This document shows, one piece after another, positions 53,680-64,000 of a stretch of 64,000 bases of DNA. The stretch lies in the NCBI RefSeq assembly GCF_004010195.1, contig NC_057728.1:41436179-41500178 (forward strand), read 5' to 3'. The notes beneath the pieces are model-generated. The model saw only the letters and a program-made list of their open reading frames with translations, was not told the origin of the DNA and did no database searches. The stretch comes from Chiloscyllium plagiosum (taxonomy: Eukaryota). Positions within the stretch are counted from its first letter, which is position 1. Each line of letters starts with the position of its first letter. A program made the translations under genes and the position numbers.

Positions 53680-54760
53680 AGAATGATACAGCATGGAAAC
53701 AGACCCTTCGGTCCAACCAGTTCATGCCGACCGTAATCCTGAACTAAACTAGTCCCACCTGCCTGTGCTTGGCTTGTATCCCTCCAAATATTTCTTATTC
53801 ATGTGCTTATCCAAATGTCTTTTAAACATTGTAACTATACCTACATTCACCACTTCACCTGGAAGTTCATTCCACATACGAAGCACACTCTGTGTAAAAC
53901 AAAAATTGCCCTCATGTCTTTTTTAATTCTTTCTCCTCTGACCTTAAAAATATGTCCCCTAGTCTTGCAATTCCCCCTCCCTCGGGAAAATGCATACCTG
54001 CTATTCACCATATCTATACCCCTCATAATGCATGGATTGTGTAAAAATTTGTAGCTTGGCATGGTGCACCTCATAATTTTATCAACCTCTATAAAGTCAC
54101 TTCTTAATCTCCTACGCTCTAGTGAGAAAAGACCCAGTCTATCCAGCCTCTCCTTATAATTGAAACCTTCCATTCCCGGCAACATTGTGGTGAATTATTT
54201 TCTGAACCCTCTCTATCTTAATAACATCCACCCCATAACAGAACGACCAGAACTGCACACAGTACTCCAGAAGTAGCCTCACCAACATCCTGTACAACCT
54301 GTACAATGACTTCCCAACTCCTATACTCAAAGAGCTGAGCAATGAAGGCAAGCATGCTAAATGCCTTCTTAACCACCCTGTCTATATGTGATGCAAACTT
54401 CAAAGAATTATGTACCTGAACCCCTAGGTCTCTCTGTTCTATAACACTACCCAAGGCCGCCTTTTAATTCTGTAAGTCCTGCCCTTGCTTGTTTTACCAA
54501 AATGCAATATCTTGCATTTATCCAAATTAAACTCCATTTGCCACTCCTCAGCCCATTGACCCTACTAATCAAGATCTCTTTGTAACCTTAGGTAGCCTTC
54601 TTCACTGTCCACTATACCACCGATTATAGTGTGATCCATAAACTTAAAAACCATGCCTTCTATTTTCTCATCTAAATCATTTATTTAAATGACCAACAAC
54701 AGTGGACCCAGCACCATACCCTGTGGAACACCATTAGTAATAGACCCTTTACCACCACTC
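53680..54760 (-). mobile_element. CR1 LINE 3' part
   Basis: EQRDLGVQVHNSLK, LYRMLVRLLLEYCVQFWS, YKERLDRLGLFSLERRRLR and TRGHIFKV. Confidence 0.92.
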
Positions 54761-55089
54761 TCTATCTTAATACTTAGGAATACTTGAAAATCTTGTGCTC
54801 TTTGTTGCAATTCATACAATTGTTAAATTATTGAATTACTGACACTTCATGCAGGAACTATTGACTTGGCCCTCCTGTCAAGTTGTTCCAAATCAACTAT
54901 GGCGCAGGAACCTTCCCAATAATGCAGAAAATCATTCAGGTACCTGCAAAAATACAGAACAAATCTGAACTGTCAAATCTCCATCTTATCATCCTCTCCT
55001 AATAATTAGCCAATTGATGGTGTCATCAATAGTGCTATTAATTTACACCAATTTGCCAATCAGCTGCTTGGTGATGTTGACTTTAGATT

Positions 55090-55620
55090 CTTATGGACCT
55101 GAAAAGGGGAGCTGTGAGAAAATAGGTTTAGGATGGCAGGAAATGCCAGTGGAGAAAAATATAGGGGGTTTATACAAAAGAGAAATGGTATTAATAGAAA
55201 AAACATGGAATATAGGAAGAGAAGAGTTCAGACAAACAATCAAGAAACAACCACGTGAATGAAAAGTTATGTAAGAGAATTTGAAAAGAGAAAAAGAAGA
55301 GGAAGGAACTGATGTAGAGGAGGATAAGAATGAATAGGATGGAATGGGAGGAGAGGGGATTGGAAGGAGCAGGGACAAAAACCTGGATGTTTGTTGGGTG
55401 AATGAATGGATGGTTGGAGAAGAAGAAAGTGGGAAAGGGAGGGTAAGTGGAAGTGGAAGAGGAAAGATATAGAGAAGAAACATAAGAGATATAAAGGGGG
55501 TGCAGAGAGATGAGCTAAGATTGCAAAGCAAGAGAGAAAAAGAAGCGAGGAGCGTAGGAGAAACCAGGGAAAGACTGGAATAGAGAAAAGGGAAAGTCAG
55601 CATAGAGAGTGAGAGGTGGT
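55090..55620 (+). repeat. Purine-rich (GA) low-complexity tract
   Basis: Strong A/G skew on the + strand, which produces the spurious S/L/P-rich ORF at 55091-55603. Confidence 0.7.
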
Positions 55621-56605
55621 AGTGGCTGGGGTGCTATAATCAGAGGGACATTTGGTTTGGAATTTGGAAAGTTGGGGGCAAGGCTAGTCAAGATTTGGAA
55701 AATGTAGAGTGGGAAGGGAATCTTTCAAAATCAAGCTTAGTAGAGCAGATGGTTCACAGAACTAAAGATTTGCTGTTAAGTGCTGGCAAGGAAAAGGAGG
55801 GAAAGGCTGATTGAATGTGCAGCATTGCTCAAAATATAGGAGTACAGTCAAACTCTCTCCCGAAAGTGGCCAAGTCAGCCCAAAAACTGAATAATGGAAG
55901 TGATTCATCAGAAAAATTTCCTCCCATACAAGAGACGGTAAAGTTTTAAAAGGAGCTGCTGCTGCTGCAAACACAGGCTGGTACAAATGCAAGAGGGAAA
56001 CAGACAGTGACTGAAGTAGCAGCAAGAGGACAAGTATTGGGGTGAACAAGGCTGGTGAAACTTGGGGAGCTGAGACAGCAAAACAAAGCCAGTGAGAAAG
56101 AGTGAGGAGTGGATGGGTCAAGGCCTGGAGGAATGTACTTCTGGACAAGGCCTAAGGGTGGGAGCATCCAGTTTGCTTAGGTGGGAGCATCCTGTTTGCT
56201 TGGGTGAGGTCACTATAAGTAAGAGACTGCTAGGCTAGGCATGAAGTAGACAGCTTGAGCGGGCTGAGTTGGGGGGAAATGGGCAGCAAGTAGCTGCCAA
56301 GGGAGAGAGAGAGGAAAGCTGATGAGATTCTGTCAACAAAGGAATATCTAGCAAACTGGGATCCAGGAAAATCTGAACTCACTGATTACATATTTATTGC
56401 ACAGTAACGTGCACAATATGAAATATGTCCGCTATTTAAAAAAACTTGTGTTGCTAGATGTGCCAATTTAAAACTGATATCTATGAAATTGAAGTTTACC
56501 TTGTGGTTTAATGGCAGGTTGGTAGTTGAGGATATGGATGAATTCTTCTGCTTCTGAGAGTCCAAATGTCCCATATGTCAACACAAACAGAAGGTAATAT
56601 TACTA

Positions 56606-56817
56606 AAAGCAAAATGCTGCAGATGCTGGAAATCTGAAAGAAAAATAAAATGCTGGAGAAACTCAACAGGGCTGGCACCTTCTGTGGAGAGAGAAAAACA
56701 AAGTAATGCTTCAAGTTAGATATGACTGAATTCTGAAAAGGTTATATCGGACGTGAAACATTAACTCTACTTCTCTCCACAGAAGCTGTCAGACCTCCAG
56801 CACATTGTTTTTATTTC
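56606..56817. mobile_element. Old PLE fold-back insertion
   Basis: Inverted arms. Degenerate TSD AGGTAATATTACTA (56592-56605) and AGGTAATGTTGCTA (56818-56831). Confidence 0.7.
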
Positions 56818-58424
56818 AGGTAATGTTGCTACCTGACTGCATCTCGCCTAATAAAGGAATTAGTGAGAATAAAATAATAGCTTGAGGAAATCTCAAGAAG
56901 ACTCCTTAATAATCAATTATTTTGCCCCCTGATGTGCAAAGCATAGGGGAATATAAACCCACAGAGACTCAGTTTAAATGAGGTTAAAAAATACCAATTT
57001 GCATTTGGGCAAACACCACCGTAATACTGTGGGTTGAGGCTAGGAATTAATCAAGTAAAATTTGACAGGATGGTGGATATTTAGCAGAGCTTGTAGATTA
57101 AAGTGGAGTGATTCCAGGATTTGACTGTCAATTGGCAATAGTTCAAAGTGAAACTCGTTTCTTATTTTTATGGCAGGGATGGACAGCAGAATAAAAGTAA
57201 TCTTTAACATGATGCACATCTTGCTGCTGTAATTGAACTGGTGTAAAGCTACACAGCAACAAATCTTAGGAGTGACAATGAAAGTTCAATAATGTCAGTC
57301 GACTAACAGTCATGCAGTATTAGAGTTCAATTTAACTTAATGATCCACATTCCAGTAGTGACGCTATACTTTTCAGAGCTTCTTCATTCATTGTAAACTG
57401 CTTTGGGACATCCTGAGGTGCTCGATAAATGCCGTTTCTTTCTTTGTTTCTTTAACTTCATCTTCATGGACCTACAATTAATTATTAGAAAAATCACTCA
57501 CCTTTTTTGATACATAATCTCTGGTATATTACTGGGAAAATAAACGTACAGTGCATAGCTGATTATTTTTCGACTGGTATACCTCTATGCTCTGTTACGA
57601 CCTGTATAGCTGCTTTAGCATCTTTGCCAGCACCTTTTGTAAGATTCCACTATGGTTTAATTGAAGATCACAGCTGGCGTAGCATCAGAACAGCAACATT
57701 GGTTTTACTCCCTGGTCTAGGGAGGGAATGTATTAGCCATGGTTTTTGCATCTGGTTATTGTCAAATGGCCATTGCTGGATAGTACACATATGTGAATAT
57801 CTGGAAAAAATAAGATTTGGCACAGCAGTAATAACCTATTGTCTGGAATAATACATGAGGATTAACTATTCTGCAAAACTTTAATCCTGTATAAATCATC
57901 ACTTTCAGAAAAGAGTGTACGCAAGTTTAAAACAAAACCACTCTTTGCGGAGAGCTTTTTCCAGAATTGTCTCAGTTGAGGAAGTTTTAGAATTGATAAT
58001 CCAGAATCCAATATGTGCATTTGGTGTTCTGTTCAGTACAAAAATGTTGTCTAATACTATGTAATTGGATCTGTGAAGAAGTGTTTTAAAAAAAGAGTTG
58101 GTTTATGGTAATGCACACTTGGTCATCTAACTGACCAATAATAAAAATAAGTGGGTGCTTTTGAAAACACTAATTCTGATGACATCTTAGGTTAATCTTC
58201 TGGGTCGTTAGAAGCTGTTATGGTGATTAATCAAGCTATTAGATTCTGTTTACGTCTATGTTTTACATATTTCAGAATATTGCATACGCGATGGCACATC
58301 TAAAGTAAAAAAGGTTTTCTCATTTAATAACAAGATTAAATTACAACTTTTTCAATGGCTCAGTAAGTGAATCCTATGAGTAGCAGAGATCTTCAAGCTA
58401 CTATCTATAATTGATTTTGTAATT

Positions 58425-58980
58425 GTGCTGGACATTGGTGAGGTTGCGTTTAGAATACTGTATTCAATTCTGGTCTCCCTGCTATAGGAAAGATGTTGTT
58501 CAACTTGAAACGGTTCAGAAAAAATTTAAAAGGATATTGCTGGGATTGGAGGCGTTGAGCTATAGGGAGAGGCTGAATAGGCTGGGGCTTTTTTCCTGGA
58601 GCATTGAAGGGGTGACCTTAGAGATTTACAAACTCATGAGGAGTATGGATAGGGTGAATAGCCAAGGTCTTTTTCCCAGCTTCGGGGAGTCCAAAACTAG
58701 AGGACATAGGATTAAAGTGAAGGGGAAAATATTTAAAAGGGACCTGAGGGGCAACTTTTTCACACAGAGCATGGTGCATTCATGGAATGAGCTGTCAGAG
58801 GAGATGGTGGAAGTGGACACAGTTGCAACATTTAAAAGTTATCTGGATGGGTAGATGAATAGGAAGCGTTTAGGGGATATGTGCTTAGTACAGGCAAATG
58901 GGACTAGATTAGTTTAGGATATCTGGTTGTTGCGGACAGTTGGGCCGAAGAGTCTGTTTCTGTGCTGTATGATTCTATAA
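58425..58980 (+). mobile_element. CR1 3' end
   Basis: ORF 58423-58854 has LEYCIQFWSP...YRERLNRLGLFS...TRGHRIKV...WNEL. Confidence 0.92.
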
Positions 58981-59384
58981 CTGGGAGGAAATAGGAGATG
59001 CTACTATTGGTTTTAGCATTGCTGCATTAAGATGGAGAAGTCAGTTGAGGTCTACATTCCCTGTAGGCCTTGTTTCCAGGGCATGAACCTCCAAGGTCCA
59101 TGTGTGGCAGCTTCCTCAGAAACTGGATGTCAGTCTGTCAGCACGCCACCTTCTTTTGCTGGATGTGTTTGTGTGAATGTCAGATGAAATCAGAATTAAG
59201 CTCAATTGACCCAATTGTTTGGCAACACAATTGCTAAGGTTGGACATGTTTAGCAATCATTTTGTATGGCATTAAAGTTGAACGGCAGCTATGGGACTAT
59301 TTCTGTATGTAAATAGTGTTTGCTTCAGGTAAAATGCCTTTATGTGTGTGTGATATTTTACAATATATTTATCTCATTCCACAG

Positions 59385-60525
59385 GTGCACTACATGAAAA
59401 ACAATGTTTGAACATTTGAGGGTTTGAATTTTACTGATGCTGTCGTCACATAACAGATCACCTGTTAGAATCATCTACATACTCCTGGTGTAGAACTAAA
59501 CAGCCATAAGAATAACTATTTTTACAATGGTTTTTGAATTAAAATTGCCAGATTGTGGCACTATATTTGTTGCAAAGCTGGATCTTTCAACAATATATTT
59601 GTGTATTGAAATTATATACAAGTAAACCAAAGGAATGGAGGTTAATTATGTGAGATTTTACTTGTTTTCTTGTGTATATTTGTGTTTGAAAATGTGTGTA
59701 TTTTTTTTTACTTCAGACAAAGTTTGTGGCAATATTTGGATCAAGTGGAGTGTTTAGAGATCTATCCTGAAGCCATGTGGGTACAATTCATTGAATGAAT
59801 GTTCCCATTGATATGTTTATATCTGAAACTGTCAAAACTGGTGAAATCTAGTGCTCAGACTAAGAATTTATTTGTAAATATGATTCTAAACCTACACATC
59901 TCAGAGTTTCAAAGATGACAAAATAATGAGCAGGAGTGCAAATAGGAAGTGAAAAGTTTTGTGAGGTAGATTATTAATCTTCTGGGTCACAACTGACATA
60001 GTTTAGATATGCCATTTATCACTGATATCTAATTTTACTTCCATAAGCCCCTTGCTTGCTCAAATAAGATGTGTGCATTTCAAATCCCTATAAAACATGT
60101 CTGTTATGTCATTCAGTGCAGTTTATCTAATGAGATGCACAATTCCCCTAAATTCATGCCAGCCCACTTTTGAATCGGTAAATTTTTTATCGTTTATTCA
60201 CAATCTAACTAAACACACCTTTGTGCAGAAAAGAGAGATTTTGCATGCCTCAGTGTGGTCTAACTTGCATGGGAATAGAACATGTTCTAAAAGCCACATA
60301 AATCCAATAAAGACTGAAATGAAGCATGTTATTGAATCATATGAAATGCTTTATCAAGACGTATAGTAATATAAACAAACAGTACATTGGATGCAGGGTG
60401 ATGCTTGGGTATTCAATTTGTTAAACTCAGTAATTATGCAGCTCCTGAGTTGTTTCATTTATTACCACATTGAATGTAATCAAAACAAATAACATCTTTT
60501 TTTAAATAAATCACCTTTTGTGGTT
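59385..60525 (+). other. Probable terminal exon / 3' UTR of the SMIM29-like gene
   Basis: Acceptor ctcattccacag, then ~1.1 kb of AT-rich sequence without recognisable repeats, ending at a poly(A) signal. Confidence 0.5.
60505..60510 (+). terminator. Candidate polyadenylation signal
   Basis: AATAAA preceded by a T-run and followed by T/GT-rich sequence. A second AATAAA lies at 60306-60311. Confidence 0.5.
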
Positions 60526-61521
60526 TTATGTTATTACCAACAGATTTAAATCAAAATATTTATTTTGGAGGTCATTTTCACATTCTTAACTGGAGTCGTA
60601 AACATGCTTGATGAGCTGAATGGCCTTCTGTTTCTACATTTCTAATTTCCTGATCTTGACCAAGGTTAGCAAAGGACATTATAGTTGGATTCTCTTCCCC
60701 TATACTAGTTACAGCCATGGCTTCTGCTTACTATCCATTTGGTTTACTAGAAAATACTCAAGTGTGAGTATCAGTTAAATAAAGGAACCATCTTTGATTT
60801 GAAACTGAAGTGTATCCAATGACCACAGAACAAATCCATAAGATATAACAAAAATTCACTTGAGGTCCACCAATAAAACGCATATGAATTACAGGGATCA
60901 GAGAATGGCCAACAGTTGGTATATCTGCATTGACAATGTAAAAAACAGTTAATGCATGACACTAGTGTGAGTCAGTTCTTTCAAAGGAAGGAGCAATTTG
61001 AGGTTGGGTGGGCTATAAGGGGACTATCATGTTATGTGATTTGTGAGCAACATTTCAAAAAGCCCGTCGTCATCTTGGGATATATTACTGCTTGCACGAT
61101 TCCAAGTTCCACTTAGGGTTATTTGAAAGTTATGAGGCGTCCCAGTTATTAATTACTGATGATGGGGAACAAGAAGATGCATGCAGAAAGATCTTACAGG
61201 ATATACCTAGATATTTATTCAGGTTTATTGGTTTGTTTATCATTTTTTGCTGCACATTGTAGTAAAATCTAATTCTTAGATACATGCCATTTGGTCTACT
61301 AAATCTATGCTGGTATTTATGCTCAAAATTAATCTCCTTGCAGCCAACTTCCTCTAACCAACAAGTGGAAATTAATGCCCTTCCCTGTGGCAGGTTTCTT
61401 TTTGTGGGGTTATTTAGTCAGGAAAGAAGGTGGCAGGTGGAGACACTGCACTAGTATACAGTTCCAGCATTAGATGCCTGCTTTTGTATGCTAGATCTCC
61501 AATAAAGGAAGAAAATCCCTA

Positions 61522-61794
61522 TTGTTGTGGACCAGACCAAATCCCTTCCAACATATCAAGGAGGTAACCTAGACCCTAATGGTTTCTTATTTAAAGGCAA
61601 GTGTAAGTTGCTGTGTTCCACTTTATTCTTACCTTATAGCTAAAATCCAAACAAAAGAAAGAAGAATTGGAATAACTTAACTCTATTTGAAAATGTAGCA
61701 GAATAATAGATTATTTAACAACTAAATGGCAACTGTTTCAATATAATAACATTTCATAAACACCCACTTGACAAAGGCACATTCAATAAAATAA
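61522..61794. mobile_element. Truncated LTR-like fragment
   Basis: Start TGTTGTGGACCAGACCAAA resembles the start of 14039-14673. Confidence 0.4.
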
Positions 61795-63162
61795 AGTTAA
61801 AATTCACACAACACCAGATCATAGTCTAACAGGTTTATTTGGAAGCACTGGCTTTTGGAGCACTGCTCCTTCATCAGGTGGTTGTCTGACATTGTATTGT
61901 TAGAGAGAAAAAGGTTTAGCGGTGACTTAATAGACATGATTTGGAGATGCCGGTGTTGGACTGGCTTTCTAATCTAAAAAATGGATTTACAGAATCTTAC
62001 ATGGATTCATACAGTTTTTGAGCAAAGTAAAATGTAATTCTGCAAGTACACATCACCCCACAAACTTATATGTGTGTTGGGGGGGGTATGAGTGTCTGTG
62101 AGAAAGTGTATGTGTGCAAGTGTAAAAGAGTATAAGTGTGTGAGTGTGTGTGTGTGTCTGTCTGTCTGTCTGTCTGTCTGTGTGTATAGTCCAATGGGAT
62201 CACCTGTAGTGTGACATGAACCCAAGGTCCTGGTTGAGGCCATCCCCATGGGTACTGAACTTAGCTATCAGCCTCTGCTTGGCCACTTTTCGTTGTTGCC
62301 TGTCCTGAAGTCCGCCTTGGAGGACGGTTACCCGAAGGTCCGAGTTCGAATGTCCTGGACTGCTGAAGTGTTCTCCGACTGGGAGGGAACACTCCTGTCT
62401 GTTGATTGTTGTGCGATGTCTCTGCTTGGTCTTGCCACTGTACCAATCCTTAGGGCATTCTTGTCTGCAGCGTATGAGATAGACGACGTTGGCTGAGTCA
62501 CATGAGTACCTGCCACCATTACAGGTGACCCCATTGCACTATAGACACATACAGACAAACAGACAGACAGACAGACACACACACACAGACCCTTTCTCAT
62601 ACTCTCACATATACACTCCCACACAAACCCTCTCACAGACTTATATCCCTTTACACTCACACATACACACACTCTCTCACAGACACTCATGATATCCCCC
62701 CTCCACAAGCACACATACACATACGTTTGTGGGGTGAATTTGTACTTGCAGAATTACATTTTATTTTGCTCAAAAACTGCATGAATATTTGCAAGATTCT
62801 GTAAATCCATGTTTTAGATTAGAATCAGTCTGACCATTGTGGCATAGACAGCCTCACACAGGGAATCTAACACCTTCAATATATCATCTGGGCTGATATC
62901 ACACCAATTATTAAAATTCACTTGAGAATGTAACTTTTAAAAAAATGTTTTGCATTTTACCGATGAAAGAACTGAAACCAACATGGTCATTGTAAAAGAT
63001 GAGAGACTTAACAAACAATCCAGGTCTTTTTCGATATGTAATTTCAGTTACATCACACTGTAAACTTTTGCTATAAGTTCTGTGTCTTACATTCTTATTC
63101 TCTAAAACCACCTGATTAAGGAGCAGCGCTCTGAAAGCTAGTGCTTCCAAATAAATCTGTTG
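61795..63162. mobile_element. PLE with inverted pseudo-LTRs and GIY-YIG C-terminal remnant
   Basis: Inverted arms at ~61967-62212 and ~62517-62824 contain (TG)n/(TCTG)n. Decayed hammerheads at ~61852-61880 (-) and ~63110-63140 (+). Confidence 0.8.
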
Positions 63163-64000
63163 GTAAAAACAATGACTGCAGATGTTGGAAACCAGATTCT
63201 GGATTAGTGGTGCTGGAAGAGCACAGCAGTTCAGGCAGCATCCAAGGTGCTTCGAAATCGACGTTTCGGGCAAAAGCCCTTCATCAGGAATAAAGGCAGT
63301 GAGCCTGAAGCGTGGAGAGATAAGCTAGAGGAGGGTGGGGAGAAAGTAGCGTAGAGTACAATGGGTGAGTGGGGGAGGGGATGAAGGTGATAGGTCAGGG
63401 AGGAGAGGGTGGAGTGGATAGGTGGAAAGTGGATAGGTGGAAAAGAAGATAGGCAGGTAGGACAAGTCACGGGGACAGTGCCGAGCTGGAAGTTTGGAAC
63501 TGGGGTGAGGTGGGGGAAGGGGAAATGAGGAAACTGTTGAAATCCACATTGATGCCCTGGGGTTGAAGTGTTCCGAGGCGGAAGATGAGGTGTTCTTCCT
63601 CCAGGCGTCTGGTGTTGAGGGAGCGGCAGTGCAGGTGGCCCAGGACCTCCATGTCCTCGGCAGAGTGGGAGGGGGAGTTGAAATGTTGGGCCACGGGGCG
63701 GTGTGGTTGATTGGTGCGGGTGTCCCGGAGATGTTCCCTAAAGCGTTCTGCTAGGAGGCGCCCAGTCTCCCCAATGTAGAGGAGACCGCATCGGGAGCAA
63801 TGGATACAATAAATGATATTATTGGATGTGCAAGTAAAACTTTGATGGATGTGGAAGGCTCCTTTAGGGCCTTGGATAGAGGTGAGGGAGGAGGTGTGGG
63901 CACAGGTTTTACAGTTCCTACGGTGGCCTCAGGATGCCCTCCAACGCATCTCGTCTACATCCCGCACCTCCGCCCTCAGACCCCACCCCTCCAACCGTAA
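63163..64000 (-). mobile_element. Penelope-like element 3' end (GIY-YIG endonuclease + pseudo-LTR with hammerhead)
   Basis: LYIGETGRLLAERFREHL and AQHFNSPSHS...RRLEEEHLIFRLGTLQPQGINVDF. Hammerhead core at 63260-63287. Confidence 0.9.
63260..63287 (-). ncRNA. Minimal hammerhead ribozyme core in PLE pseudo-LTR
   Basis: CTGATGA-A-GGGC(TTTT)GCCC-GAAAC-GTC. Confidence 0.7.

Noticed and set aside
55091..55603. 170-aa minus-strand ORF
   Set aside because: Artefact of a stop-poor low-complexity tract.
1..64000. CRISPR arrays, operons, rRNA or an intact autonomous transposon
   Set aside because: No regularly spaced repeats or rRNA signatures, and all mobile-element ORFs are broken or truncated.

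Overview
Repeat-rich vertebrate genomic DNA, most likely from a shark or other elasmobranch (inferred from an HE1-like SINE head and the mix of CR1, Penelope-like and Harbinger repeats). One convincing host gene is present on the + strand: a spliced single-pass membrane micro-protein of the SMIM29/C3orf18 family. Its coding exons are 35850-35963, 36059-36084, 48584-48689 and probably 53522-53605 (about 109 aa), with a likely terminal exon at 59385-~60525. It is invisible in the ORF track. The rest is decayed mobile DNA: an L1 with an apparently intact 5' end (1-4329, minus strand), many CR1/L2 fragments, four Harbinger relics, a solo LTR, a TA-flanked MITE, SINEs, and Penelope-like elements (PLEs). 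The most distinctive non-gene structure is a set of short PLE-derived fold-back insertions with 13-15 bp target-site duplications (TSDs) and minimal, probably dimer-dependent, hammerhead ribozyme cores. I found no prokaryotic systems, CRISPR arrays, rRNA or true tRNA genes. Repeat boundaries are approximate unless a TSD or terminal inverted repeat (TIR) is quoted.
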